A DNA stretch of 64,000 nt from Mobula hypostoma (Eukaryota): NCBI RefSeq assembly GCF_963921235.1, contig NC_086097.1, positions 23,314,001 through 23,378,000 on the forward strand, read 5' to 3'. Positions 25,679-39,558 of this stretch are shown here, in pieces (position 1 is the stretch's first letter; each line of letters begins with the position of its first letter). The position numbers and the translations under genes were made by a program. Below the pieces are notes generated by a model. That model worked only from the letters and a program-made list of their open reading frames with translations. It ran no database searches and had not been told where the DNA came from.

Positions 25679-26709
25679 ATCACTCTGAGCACCAGTGCCA
25701 CACAAGGCTCTGTACTCAGCCCCCTGCTGTACTCACTGTACACTCATGATTGTGTAGCCAAGTTTTCATCAAACTCAATATCTAAGTTTGCTGATGACAC
25801 CACAATTGTAGGCCATATCTCGGTTAATGATAAGTTTGAGTACGGAGAGGAAATTAAGAACCTGGTGGCATGGTGCGAAGACAATAACCTATCCCTCAAT
25901 GTCAGCAAGACAAAGGAATTGGTTGTTGACTTCAGAAGCAGTAGCGGACCACGCAACCCAATCTACATCGGTGGTGCGCAAGTGGAACAGGTCAAAAGCT
26001 TTAAGTTCCTCGGAGTCAGTATCACAAATGACCTGACTTGGTCCAACCAAGCAGAGTCCACTGCCAAGATGGCCCACCAGCGCCTTTATTTCCTGAGAAA
26101 ACTAAAGAAATTTGGCCTGTTCCCTAAAACCCTCACTAATTTTTATAGATGCACTTAGAAAGCATTCTTCTAGGGTGCATCACAACCTGGTATGGAAGTT
26201 GTCCTGTTCAAAACCGAAAGAAGCTGCAGAAGATCGTGAACACGGCGCAGCACATCACACAAACCAATCTTCTGTCCGTGGACTCATTTACACCGCACGC
26301 TGGCAGGGTAGTGATGCCAGGATAATCAAGGACACGACCCACCCAGCCAACACACTTTTCGTCCCTCTTCCCTCGGGGAGAAGGCTCAGGAGCTTGAAGA
26401 CTCGTACGGCCAGATTTGAGAACAGCTTCTTTCCAACTGTGATAAGACTGCTGAACAGATCCTGACCCGGATCTGGGCCGTACCCTCCAAATATCCTCAC
26501 CTGCCTCTCGGTTTTTTTGCACTACCTTACTTGCCATTTTTCTATTTATGATTTATAATTTAAATTTTTAATATTTACTAATTTTTACTATTTTTAATAT
26601 TTAATATTTGTAATCCAGGGAGTGGGAAGTGCAGAATCAAATATCGCTGTGATGATTTTACGTTCTAGTATCAATTGTTTAGTGACAATAAAGTATAAAG
26701 TATAAAGTA
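25679..26709 (+). mobile_element. Rex1/Babar-like LINE, 5'-truncated (RT C-terminal half plus 3' UTR)
   Basis: QGSVLSPLLYSLYTHDC...KFADDTTIVG...WCEDNNLSLNVSKTKELVVDFR...FKFLGV...QRLYFLRKL...LPSGRR; tail aataaagtataaagtataaagta. Confidence 0.9.
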
Positions 26710-26730
26710 ATCAGGAGGCCCATCAACATA

Positions 26731-27590
26731 GTGGCATGGTAGTGTAGTGGTTAGTGTAATGTTCTTTCAGTGCCAGCAGCCTGTATTCGATATCAGCTGC
26801 ATTCCGTAAGGAGAATCAGAACCGGGTTTAATATGACTGACATACTGTATGTCACGACATTTGTTGTTTGGAACAGCACGGTAACGTAGCGGTTAGAATA
26901 ACACGTTACAGCACCAGCGACATGGGTTAAATTCCTGCTGCTATTTATATGGACTTTGTATGTTCTTCCCCGACTTTGTGTGTTTCCTCCGGGTGCTCCG
27001 GTTTCCCCCCACATTTGGAATGATGTGCGGGCGAGCTTGTTACCATGTTGCATCGCTTAAATAAATAAATAAATACTTCTTAAAAATCTACTTCGGGGAA
27101 CAAGGGATGGGTAAGTAATAGCAGATATCTCAAAGTCAAGAGAAAATGATGCAGTATCTTTTCTCCCTGCGCCTGACGCTGTCTAAACCAGTGTCACCCT
27201 TCAATCCGGCTCAGACCAACTCTTGAAACAGAAGTGGGCTATTGTATCGAATATGGTCACTACACACTCTAAGCAGACATGTTGCTGGTATATGAATTAT
27301 TTATTTATTTAGAGATACAGTGTGAAACAGGCCCTTTCAGCCCAGTGAGCCCCACCACCCAGTAACCCACCTATTTAACCCCAGCCTAATCACAATTTGC
27401 AATGACCAATTAACCTTCGAACCAGTCTGTCTTTGGACTGCGGGAGGAAACCGGAGCACCCAGAGGAAACCCACGCAACTTCGCGGGCTGAATGTGCAAA
27501 CTCCTTTCAGACAATGCTGGATTTGATCTCTGAACCCTGGAATGCCTCAAGCCATAACAACGTCGAGTTAACTGCTATGCTATTGTGGCA
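26731..27590. mobile_element. Cluster of V-SINE-like copies (+ at about 26731-26810 and 26875-27045; - at about 27296-27590)
   Basis: tRNA-like heads gtggcatggtagtgtagtggttag and cagcacggtaacgtagcggttag, with the central domain in both orientations. Confidence 0.7.
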
Positions 27591-27937
27591 CCCGCTTCCT
27601 GGTCTGCTATTTTAAGCAGCTGTTTTGTACAGAGAAACAAAGTGCTGTTAAATTGTTCCAGAAAAAAATTCTCTCTGGTACCATCAAATGTCAATATATA
27701 TGGAAAAAAAAGCTCTGACTGTCTGACCCAGCAGTTAGTTATCCCCTGAATTATTCCACTAAGTGTAGTTCAGTTTCAGAGTGGCCACGTGTTTGGCCTA
27801 TTATTCGGGAGACTAGGCCATTGATCTGGAGATGTTTCAGGGTGAGAACCTTCATTAGTACCAGAAAGGAAGAGGGCAGAAGCCGGAATAAGAAGGTGGG
27901 AGGAAAGGGTGGAGTACAAGCTGGCAGGGGAAAGGTG

Positions 27938-29625
27938 ACACACACAAAATGCTGGAGGAACTCAGCAGGCCAGGTACCACCTATGGAAAAAAGTACATTC
28001 GACGTTTTGGGCCGAGACCCTTCGGCAGGACTCGAGAAAGAAAGATGAACAGACAGAGTAAGAGGGTGGGGGAAGAGAAGGAAGAAACACAAGGCGATAG
28101 GTGAAACTGGGAGAGGGAGGGGTGAAGTAAAGAGCTGGGAAGTCGATTGGTGAGAGAGATACAGGGCTGGAGAAGGGGGAATTTGATAGGAGAGGACAGA
28201 AGGCCATGTAAGAAAGAAAAATGGGAGGAACACCAGAGGGAGGTAATGGGCAGGTAAGGAGATAAGGTGAAAGAGAGAAAAGGGAACGGGGAATGGTGAA
28301 GGGGGAGGCGGCATTACCAGAAGTTCGAGCAATCGATGCTCATGCCGTCAGGTTGGAGGCTATCCAAACGGAAAATAAGGTGTTGCTCCTCCAACCCGAG
28401 TGTGGCCTCATCGTGATAGTAGAGGAGTTTGTGGACTGACATGTCAGAATGGGAATGGGAATGGAATTAAAATGGGTGGCCACTGGAAGATCCTGCTTGT
28501 TCTGATGGACGTAGGTGCTCAGTGAAGCTGTCTCCCAATCCACATCCAGTCTCACCAATGTACAGGATCACCAGACACAGTAGAAGACCCTGACAGACTC
28601 ACAGATGAAGTGTTGCCTCACCTGGAAGGACTGTTTGGGGCCCTGAATGGAAGTGAGGGAGGAGGTGTTGGGGCAGGATAAGTGCTAGGAGGGAGATCAG
28701 TGGGGAAGGATGAATGGACAAGGGAGTTAGGAGCAATCCCTGTGGAAAGCAGAAGGTGGTGGGGGCAGGGTAAGATGTGCTTGGTGGTGGGATCCCATTG
28801 GAGGTGGCAAGTTACAGAGAATTATGTGCTGGACGCAGAAACTGGTGGAGTGGTAGGTGAGGACAAGAGGAACTCTATCCTTGTTGGATGGATAGGGTGA
28901 GGGCAGATGTGTACAAAATGGAAGAGATGTGGTTGAGGGCTGTGCTGATGGTGGAGGAAAGGAGACCCATTTCCTTGAAGAAGAAGGACATCTCCTTTCA
29001 TTCTGGAATGAGAAGTCTCATCCTGAGAGCAGATGTGGTGGAGGTGGAGGAATAGAGAGAAGGCGATGGCATTTTTACAAGTAACTGGGTGGGAAGAGGG
29101 TACAGGAAGCAGCACAAATTCAGTCGCCGATATAGGGTAGGAAAATTGGGGAGTGACAGCAGTGTAGGCTTGGAATGTAGGCTGTTCCATTTTGCCAATA
29201 AAAGGCAGGCATAACTGGGATCCGTGTGGGTACCCATGGCTACACCTTTTCTTTGAAGGAAGCAGGAGGAGCCAAAGGAGAATTTGTTGAGAGTGAAGTC
29301 AAGTTCTGCCAGATGGAGGAAAGTGGTGGTGGAAGGAGACTAGTTGGATCCTGTGTTCAGAGCTTTGAGACCTTCCTGGTGGGGGATGGAGGTGTATATG
29401 GACTGGGCATCCATGGTGAAAATCAGATGCTCAGGGCCAAGGAACTTGAAATATTTGAAGTGTCACAGATGTAGGTAGGAAGAGACTGAACCAGGGGGTA
29501 TAAAACTGAGTCGAGGAGTGCAAATATGAAGTCAGTTGGGCAGGAATAAGTAGAAACGATGGGTTTACCTAGACAGGCAGGTTTGTGGATCTTGGGTAGG
29601 AGGTAGAGGCAGGAGTAGCAGGGTG
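27938..29625 (-). mobile_element. Penelope-like element (RT remnant, GIY-YIG remnant, terminal repeat)
   Basis: MGTHTDPSYACL RT motif and DLPVATHFNS; co-linear with 1008-2030; short inverted terminal fragment at about 29660-29740. Confidence 0.88.
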
Positions 29626-30296
29626 AGGGAACTGAAAGGTGAGACTAGGTGAGAGGGGGAAAGGGCCTCGGCCTGAAATGTTCATTCCCCTCCATGCATG
29701 CTTGCTGACATGATGAGTTCTTCCAGCATTTTGTGTCTCCTGTTCCTCTGTCATTCCTGATGCAGCAGGATTGATGATTGAGAGTGAATGTCTAGGAACC
29801 TTTTTTCCTCTGACCCCACTTAAATCTCCCTAGTCCCCATTCTCACCATGAATCCATTGCTAAGGTCCCCTTCCAAGTACCTGCCGCAATATTCAGAAGG
29901 GGGCATATACCCTGAACACCCATCACATGCTAATAATGCCAGGAAATTAATTCTACATGATCTCCCCACTCCTAGTTTTAATCTGACATACCCCAATTCT
30001 GTACAATTGTTGGTCATTGCTTTCACTGGTTGTCAGTTAGAATGTGTGTAAGAATATAATTAATAAGGTGTGAAGATATTACAGCGTTTTGCAACAAAAT
30101 TGAATTCATTATGGTAGACAAGTTAACCAATTGGCCTGTTAAGTTTACACAATTCTTTCAACACTAGATGTAAATACCTACAGAAAAGTGAATCCCACAG
30201 TGGTGTATGGTAACATCTACATATGCTGATAATAACAAGAACAGAATAGCATAAGCTGTTGTCACCTCACGTCACCGTTTGACTTTTTCCCCACAG

Positions 30297-30500
30297 AGGC
30301 ATCCATTCTCAGCTACGACGGCAGCATGTACCTGAAGATAGTCATGCCCTGGGTCATGCACACAGAAGCCGAAGACGTTTCCCTCCGCTTCATGTCCCAG
30401 CGAGCTTATGGCTTACTCGTGGCCACGACCTCGAGGGACTCAGCTGACACACTTCGCTTGGAGCTTGACGGAGGGCGAGTGAAGTTGACAGTCAACTTAG
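30297..30500 (+). CDS. nrxn3: Alpha-neurexin internal coding exon (start of LNS/laminin-G domain 4), 204 nt, phase 1-1
   Basis: Acceptor tttttccccacag at 30284-30296 and donor gtattg at 30501. Translates (E)[67 protein letters not shown]. From recalled sequences, [26 protein letters not shown] and DGGRV fit NRXN3 better than NRXN1 or NRXN2. Confidence 0.93.
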
Positions 30501-33382
30501 GTATTGTATGACACTTGACTGTGTGGCTGTCTAGCCTTTCATTGGTGATGGATCTGTTAACAATTTCTTGAATACAGTAAATACCTCCTAAAATTTGTTT
30601 CTTAAAATATTTATATTAATTTGTAAACGAATATTAATTTGAATGTTGTGTAAAATGTGCATGAAGTTATCAATCTGATGTAATTAAGTAATTCCAGACC
30701 TGTTAGATCTGAAATCCATGTTTAAATGGACCATCTTTTGAGCAAATATCCATGTTTTTGCATCATATCTGTTTGTACTGCCAAGTAAGCCACAGCAAAT
30801 GTTTGGTTTTAAGAAAAAAAAAGTGTCAAAAAAATTACTCTGAGGCAGGTGCCTGCCAGTTTAAATCATTCTGATAATCCCGTTATAAATCTCCCTTGTA
30901 GAAGTGGAAATGCTGTGGCCTACTTAAGGTCAGTTTAATATAAAAATCTTTTATAAGAATACTTTGCAAAATTTGTGAAGTTTTTCTTTTTTTTACTCAT
31001 TTTTGTTTTTGGTTAAGTTTGTGGTTTTAAAAATAAGTTTTAAAATTTAAACTTAATGCTTAACTTTTTTTTAATCAAAATGCTTCATGAGTCATCAGTC
31101 AAAAGATGGCTATCAACCCCTTCAAAGGCCTGAAGCCTGCGGCCCGCTTGGCAAACAGCCCTGAGAACAGAGAGCACAATCAAACCTGCAGCTGGATCGC
31201 TTTACCTCTCAGTCACCCAATTCTTTCCCCCTTGCCACTTCCTCATTGTCCCTTATAAATTGGAAAATTTTCTACTTGATGAATACAAGATTGAGCCAAT
31301 AATCAGCATCGAAATAGTGTATTCTTTTTTAAAATATATTTCTGTGGTTCAAAGCTATTTCAAATCTCCACCATGAACCATTTATAATTAAGGAACAAGA
31401 CATTATTTGTTAGAAGTATGTACGTGAATATTTGTAAATCAATGCTTCGAGGACATCGAACAAAGGCAGTAAACTTAAAACAAGTTGGGAATTTTAAAAT
31501 GTGTAATTATTAAGCTTTTGAGGGATGCTCTCCTTTAAGAGCATTGATCTATTGATTTTTTAGACTAATTTGTCTGAAATAATAGTGGACAAAAAGACAG
31601 ATATTGACCCAGATCTTCAAAGGAGAAGAAGTATGCAGCTTTACACCACATTCGCCCTGACACAGCCTCCTTATGTATAGCAAGCCTCGTTTGCTAATTG
31701 GTGAGGCCTATAATGTAGCAAAGAACATTTGTCACTGCAAATGTCAGACTCTGCCACTGAAACTCTCTGTAGTTTTGTCCATACTGGAGAAGAAGACTAG
31801 AGATCAAAAGGATTGTATGAGAGTGGATTTTAGCTGGCCTGGCCTATTTGAGACTGAGAAAGTGGACTTTAAGATGGTTGAAGGAAAGTATAGGGGAGGG
31901 GATGTCAGGTGTTTTTTTTAAGAGTAGTGGGAGCGTGGAATACTCTGCCAGTGGTGGTGGTAGAGGCAGACATATTAGAGGCACAAGAGACTCTTAGATA
32001 GGCACATGGATGAAAGAAAAATGGAGGGCTATTGATCTTAGAATAGGTTAAAAGATCAGCAGAAGACATTGTAGGCCAAAGGGCCTGTTCTGTGCTGTGC
32101 TGTTCTGTAGACTCTTACAAAGGGTGGTTGTAATCTGAAACACACTCTCTGAGTGGATGAAGGAAGCAGGTACTCCTATGACAATTAGGAAGTATCTGGA
32201 TGAGCACTTCAATTGCCAAAGTTAAGGAGCAAGTATTAGTAAATGGAGTTTGTGTCTATTGGTAAGTGGTGGTCACCGTGGATGTGACTGGTCAATGGAC
32301 CTTTGTCTTATACAAATCTATGAATCTTTGCTTGTAGTTCACAAGGCACAGCTGTGAGATCGGACACAGTAGTTCATTTCAGCGGTAACTGGTGTGCCAT
32401 GAGTGGCGGCCATTTTCTGATGCAAAGGCCAGACAACACCAGTAAGCTGGTGAGCTCCATGAGGAGGAATTTCTTTAGCCAAAGGGTGGCGAATCTGTGG
32501 AATTCATTGCTACAGGTAGCTGTGGAGACCAATTCATTGGGTTGAGAGGTTCTTGTTTAATCAAGGTGCCAAAGGTTACAGGGAGAAGGCAGGAGAATGG
32601 GGTTGAGAGGGATATTAAATCAGCCATGATGGAATGGCGGAGCAGAGTCTGGACCGAATGGCCTAATTGTGTTCCTATTCTATGGGATGCCATGGGACTT
32701 GGTAACATTCCTGAGCGAATGCCTGGAGGTGGGAGTGAAGATGCTGGGAAGGGTGAGCTGTGGGCATACTATGTTGATACCTCAAGTGTGGCAACACGTG
32801 CACAATCTTCGTTGGCTGAATTTGGCATAAACGATGCATTTCACTAGATATTTCCATGTTCAATATGCATGTGACGAAAAAATGCTAATCTTTTATTTTT
32901 GTTAGATGGGTGGGCGTCCTAGGTAGGCACCTATGAACCTTAAATCACATTCCAATTAGGGGTTGTAATTACCACTGTTACAAATGATTTGCTGACCCCT
33001 CCCCCCCCCCCCCCGGAAGATCTGGGCCATTACCGTTTATTACCAAAGTGCAGTTTTGCAATTTGTTATCTGTTCAAGTATATAAATATTGCTACTTGAT
33101 GAAATGCAATTGATTATCTTATTTAGTGCAAAAACATGGTGGATTTTTGAAAGACAAAGATTAGTACTGATTCTCTGTGGAAGGGAAGGGAAAGTGAAGT
33201 TTAATGCTGACCAGAATCCTATATATTCCAATAGAAATTTTACTGAACTCACCGTTGAGGTAAATTCATGAACATATTCAGTGACTAATTGTTTTCTCTC
33301 TCTCTCCAGTGCTGTCACTACCTCTATTTCTGGTCCTGTTGAAGCTTTCCTTCATCATTGTACCTTATTGTTTAGTGATTTT

Positions 33383-33398
33383 TGCCATCTAGTGGTCA
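33383..33398 (-). promoter_or_regulatory. Candidate CTCF binding site
   Basis: Minus strand TGACCACTAGATGGCA matches the CCASYAGRKGGC core, in repeat-poor intron sequence. Confidence 0.5.
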
Positions 33399-34929
33399 CT
33401 CTGTAACATAGCGGCTCTCTAAGGTAACCCCGGGTAAGTTGGATGCAGCATCTCAATGCAGCCAATTTGGATGACTGGGCTTAGTTTTCTACAGCAAAAA
33501 AAACAAAAATGGGAAAAAGTATAGTTTTGTTTAACAAGTATCGTTCCTAGTTGCCTTCAAAACACAAGAACATTGAATTCTCAGCTTGTGTTGCACTAGG
33601 CTCAATAAGTGTTCGGCATATGATTCAAAATAAATTTATTATCAAAATACATATATGTCATCATACGCAACCCTGAGATTTATTTCCTTGCAAGCATTCA
33701 CAGTAGAACAATAAAATATAATAGAACCAATGAAAACTGTACACAGACTGACAAATATGAATTTGATACGACACATATGGATGATAGTGGGATAGTCATT
33801 TACAGTAATATTAATCATACAATTCTACCAATCTCAATTGTCTATATATTGCACATGACAGCAGAGTAGTGTTCACTGCTGTATATGATGGCAACTCGTT
33901 TTATCAAGACATTTTGTGCCAGTTTTTGTTTCTTGCAGAATCCCTGTCATCAAGTGTATTAAGGTAAAAACGGGATTAGAGATTTCCCAGCAAAGAGGAA
34001 AATCAAGTTTTATTAATACTCAAATTGTTTAACTGATAGTCTGCTCAATAAATATCAGAGATACATATACAAATTATGTCAAAGTTAGACCAATATAACG
34101 TTTGGACATTTTACAAAATCTATTGAGTCATAACATGCAGGATAGTTCTTGTACTCACTGCTAGACTTAGTGACGAGTATGTTCTTTTGCAGATCCTCTG
34201 TGAACTTATAAAATAAAGAAAGCCAAAAGCCTTAATTAATGAATTCAAATAGGTGCAAGAGAACTGATGCTTAGCCCATGATCCTCATAGCCAACCTGAT
34301 GAATTGAAATAATTCACCCTGTTTCATCAGTAGGTTTAACTGTCAGAAGCATATACAATTAAGACAAAGCTAGAGCGACGTAACTAATAAACATTATCAA
34401 ACCCATCGCGTCAATGAACTATGAGTGCAAATGCTGAGGAATCACTTTAAGTTTTGATCTGTCATCGTGCTCCATGGAATGGAGTAACCAGCAAGATCAC
34501 AACTTTGACATTCATGTAGAAGGCCTGAGCCTGATGTCACTTAACAGAAAATGCTGTCACTTTCCAGAAAGTTTCTGCTGAAGGAATTATCACTCTTATT
34601 CATGTAATAGCAAAGTCACTGGCCTTTTTAAAATAAAAAAAAAATCAGTCAAATATCTCAGAATGCCAGCAAAACACATTTGATGAGACATGCCATCCCA
34701 CTGAGTAGTTTCTAAACAGCCGAAGTTCATGCCTGTTCAAATTCATTTCTTTTGAATGAAACAGAAAGGGCTGCAAACAGCACCGTTTACAGGGAAGTGC
34801 TGAATCACAAAAGCCATTTCACAATTTTTCTGTTAAAGTATTTAACCCCAAGCTACCGTCAACTTTATGTGCAAAGACTGTGATGTCAATAATTCTGTTG
34901 TCATTATTTTTGCAAAATCGAATCAAAGA

Positions 34930-36320
34930 GTCATAAGGCAACACAGCATGAAAACAAACCCTTCAGCCCAATTTTTCCATACACAGGTGCCCCGCGAGGC
35001 TAGTCCATGTTTGGCCTATAACCTTCTAGACTTTTCCTATTCATGTGCTCATCCAAATATCTTTTAAATGTTATTATTGTATCCACCTTAACTAATTTCC
35101 CTGGCAGCTCATTCCAAATATGCACCATAAGACCATATAGGAGCAGAAGTAGGCCATTTGGCCCATTGAGTCTGCTCCACCATTTAATCATGGGCTGATC
35201 CAATTCTTCCAGTTATCCCCACTCCCCTGCCTTCTCCCCATACTCTTTAATGCCCTGGCTAATCAAGAACCTATCTATCTCTGCCTTAATTACACCCAAT
35301 GACTTGGCTTCCACAGCCGCTTATGGCAACAAATTCTACAGATTTACCACCCTCTGACTAAAGTAATTTCACAACATCTCTGTTCTAAATGGACGTCCTT
35401 CAATCCTGAAGGATTAGGAGATCCCCTCTCATTCTCCTGGAAGAGCTGCCAGACGTTCCTCATACAGCAACCCTTTCATTCCGGGATCATTCATGTGACT
35501 CTTCCCTGAACCATCTCCAACGTTAGTATATCCTTTCTAAAATAAGGAGCCCAATACTGCACACAATACTCAGTATGGTCTCAGGAGTGCCTTATAGAGC
35601 CTCAACATCACATCCCTGCTCTTATATTCTATATCTCTAAAAATGAATGCCAATATTGCATTCGCCTTCTTCACCACTGACTCAACCTGGAGATTAACCT
35701 TTAGGGTGTCCTGCACAAGGACTCCCAAGTACCTTTGCACCTCTGCATTTTGAAATCTCTCTCCATCTAAATACTAATCTGCACATTTATTTCTTCTACT
35801 AAAGTGCATGATCGTGCATTTTCCAACATCGTATTTCATTTGCCACTTTCTTGCCCAGTCCCCTAATCTGTCTAAGTGCTTCTGCAGCCTTCCTGTTTCC
35901 TCCACACCAATCTTCATATCATCTGCAAACTTGGCAACAAAGTCTTCTATTCCATCACCTAAATCATTGATGTACAGTAGAAAAAGAAGCAGTCCCAACA
36001 CTGACCTCTGCAGAACACCACTTGTCACTGGCACCCGACCAGAAAAGGATTCTTTTATTCCCTTTTTTCCCTTTAAACCTTTCACCTATCATCCTTAACC
36101 TATGATCTTTAGTTCTGGTCTCAACCCAAGCTCATTGGAACAAGCTTGCTCACATTTACCCAATCAATACCCCTCATAATCTTGTATACCTCTATCAAGT
36201 GTCCCCTCTTTATTCTACTTTCTAGGGAATAAATTCCTAACCTATTCAACCTTTCCCTAATACTCAGGTCCTCAAGTCCTGGCAACGTTCTTGTAAATGT
36301 TCTCCTTAGTCTTTCAATCT
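34930..36320 (-). mobile_element. Nested CR1 fragments (a younger copy at about 35127-36060 inside an older copy)
   Basis: VTSGVLQRSVLGLLLF...KFADDMK...CTIMHF; flanking parts read WNELPG...FKRYLDEHM. Confidence 0.85.
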
Positions 36321-37289
36321 TTATTAGCTTGCTCTTTTAGTTTGGTTTAGGAAGTTGTGCCTTCAAGGAGTCTGACTGCAAAAGTAACTTACTTTCTGGA
36401 ACTTGCATCAGTATTCTTATCACTTACTCCGTGGATCAATGCACACGCTGAAGCAGTTAGGGGCACTTTGGGATAGATAATGATAATTGCTTGGCTCATT
36501 TAATGAAAGCATGGGAGCAAAGTATCTGAACCATTGATTTTAACTGCAGTCACTCAGAGCGAGATGGTGCTGCAGAACATAATGTCATAAGTGGCCGCAT
36601 TTTTTACCATAACATCTCTGAGCGATCTGAGTTAAATTATTTTGCAAAAATAATTAGACTTTTGTACCGCGTTTAAAATTCACTGCAGTGCTTGAAAAAA
36701 TTTGATTTGTACGTCTTTGTTCTCTGCTTGCAAGGCCCCTTTTCCACATTTCCTACCTGGAAAAATCTTTGTAAGGAGCTTCCAAGGGCGGGGGGGGGGG
36801 GTTCATCCATGAGACATGAATCTTATTCTCTAGCTGTGAGTTGATATCCATAGAGAGCTAGAACCGTGAACAGACTTCCAATGATGAACTCTGAAATGAA
36901 CAGGGTCCTTCTAGGAAAGCAATCTCTGTAGTTCATAACTGCCTTTAAAACCTTCAGTGGTTTTTAAGATCACAAAGATTCATATAATAGAATCAGAGCA
37001 CAGAAAGATACCCTATTGGCTAACCTTGACCATGCCAAGTACTAATTCCATACGAGAATGGTTCCAGGAAAGAAATGGTAAACATATGAGGATTATATTA
37101 GGCCTCTTCTTATTCGAGTACTTGATCAAATGTCTTTGAAACACTGTGACTGTATGTGTGTCTTCCACTTCCTCTGGCAGCTTGGCCCAAGTAACCACCA
37201 GTCCTTGTATGCAAAACTCACCTCTCAAATCTCCTTTATTTATCTTGCATTGTGCCCTCTAGTTCCAGACTCATTTGTCCTGGCATAAC

Positions 37290-37570
37290 AAATTTGCATC
37301 AGGGTCACATGAAGCCACGGAAGCAGGTGGTGGATGGTTGTATGAGCAGCTTATGCATATCACAAGCCCTCATTATGCGATCAATGACACCAGGCAGACA
37401 GCCTTTGAAGAGCATTGATAATGACTGGGGTCACCCGCCTTGTAAAGCCACTGCCCAGAAGAAGGCAATGGCAAACCACTTCTGTAGAAAAATATGCCAA
37501 GAACAGTCAGAGTGATGGAAAGACCATGATCACCCATGTCATACGACGTGGAACATAACGAATGAACAAA
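37290..37570 (+). mobile_element. SINE with an RTE-type 3' tail
   Basis: gaaggcaatggcaaaccactt motif (RTE/Bov-A-like 3' end); second copy inverted at about 37917-38125. Confidence 0.6.
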
Positions 37571-37916
37571 CACACAAAGAGAAATCAATAATTTGGATAG
37601 CTGCATGTCCCAATTCTTATATTCAGTGTTTCGGGCTATGAAGGAAAGCTTGCTTTCTTCACTGTCCATTTTTAACAAGCCCTGAACTTCCACCATAATG
37701 ACCCTCTGCTCCTCAGCACTCTTGAGGTCCATACCATTTAGACCATGGAACAGTACAGCACAGTGCAGGCTCTTCATCTCACAATGTCGTGCCGACCTTT
37801 TAACATACTCCAAAACCGGTCTAATCCTTCCCTTCCTCCTATTTTCCCTCATCCAAATTTCCTTCAGCCATTTACTCTATGTCTGACTGGAATTTGTTTT
37901 TTCAAAGTGCATTACC

Positions 37917-38125
37917 TTCATTCATTCATTCATGTGCTGTGTTGTATGATGTGGACAATCATGGTCTTGACCATGACCGTTCTTGGCAAGTTTTTCTGCA
38001 GAAGTGGCTTGCCTTTGCCTTCTTCTGAGCAGTGTCTTTATAAGATGGATGACCCCAGCATTTATCAATACTCTTCAGAGACTGTCTGCCTGGCATCAGT
38101 GCTCGCATAGCCAGGACAAGTGATG
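37917..38125 (-). mobile_element. SINE with an RTE-type 3' tail, inverted copy
   Basis: Reverse complement aligns with 37370-37570; (ttca)n tail. Confidence 0.6.
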
Positions 38126-38679
38126 ACATTACCTTACGGTAGTCTGAGTTCCATCTGCCAGCAGGCCATCAAACTTTCCAGCTGACCTATGTACTGCTGT
38201 ATTCTTACACAATCATCTTTGCTCTCTACAACTCCACCAATTGTTGTCTCTTCTGCAAACTTAACAATCAGATAACATGTACAGTATATTATACGGCTTA
38301 CAAACAACAGAGGTCCCAGCCATGATCCTTGTAGTACCCCACTTGTGACTAGCTTCCAATGAGAAAAACACCCATGCACTGTTACCTTCTACCTTCTGTA
38401 ATCCAAGCCAGTTTTGGTTTCTGTTTGTCAACAGGCCTCAGATTTCTTAGACCATATGACCATAAGATATAGGACCAGAATAAGGCCATTTGGCCCATCA
38501 AAACTGCTCTGCTATTTCATCATCGCTGATCCATTTTCCCTCTCAGCCCCAATCTCCTGCCTTCTCCCCATATCCATTCATACCCTGACTAAACAAGAAT
38601 CTATAAACCACTGCCTTAAGTATGCCCAATACCTTGTGGCAAAGAACTCCACAGATTCACCACTCTCTGGCTAAAGAAA

Positions 38680-39558
38680 TTCAAATCAAATCACATCACA
38701 TCAAGTTTAATTGTCATTCAGACCATATATCGATATAGCCGAACGAGACAGAATTCCTTCATGGCCAAAGTGCAAAAACATACATGCGCATTCAAAATAA
38801 TGAGAAAGGAAAAGAAAAAGATCATATTCACAGAAGAAAACACATTTTCTGTCTAAGACCCTGACCAACAAGTCTTGCAAATTGATAGTTCCCAGCAGTC
38901 CAGCCTGTAATTCCACTGATCCAACACAAGAGGGCAGCACTGACAGGAGTGCCCATCCCAAGCTCGAATGCCATGCTACAACGCAAGCCACAGCTTGAGG
39001 CCTAGTCCTCGCTACAAGTGAGGCGACACTGCAGCCTTATTGTCTGTCTTGCCACCAAACAAGGGAAGAAGGCCTGTGGCAAGCAATGTCGAACAAAGTC
39101 TTGCAATCACAAAAGAAACGTCCAAGACAGTCACTCACGGTTTCACTATAAGCTGTCTTCGCGCCAACTCAAAGGCACCAACTCCGGTGCCTCCAAGTAG
39201 CAGGCAGCAGCGTAGTCTGCACCCAGGTCAGCTCTTCCGAACCCAATCTAGCTCCTCCTGCAGCCCGACATCCTGACTCGTCTCGCCTTCCTCAGCCCGA
39301 CAGCCCAACACGACTCCCTCTCCCCATGCCTGAGTCGATTCTCTCGGTCCATCTGGCCAACTCACCTTCTCTGTACCGCTGACTGGTTCTTACGACACCC
39401 CGACCGCCTACTCCAAACAATGAGCAGCTCACTGATGCAACAGATCTGCTGTATGCATAGTTACTGAAGTCAAGAATAGTCTTATAATGTATAAAAACAC
39501 ATTTAGCAAGGAAAAAAAAACCTTTGGTTGCCCCCAAGAGGCTGCTGCGTGTGTTCGC
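38680..39558 (-). mobile_element. Unclassified non-autonomous retroposon, copy 2, inserted in a CR1 3' end (about 38450-39730)
   Basis: CR1 breaks at ctggctaaagaaattc and resumes at atctctgttctaaa; ends similar to 12540-13285. Confidence 0.6.

Noticed and set aside
30326..30511. 61-aa ORF as a standalone gene
   Set aside because: It is an internal neurexin exon: homology starts upstream of the ATG at a splice acceptor and ends at the GT donor.
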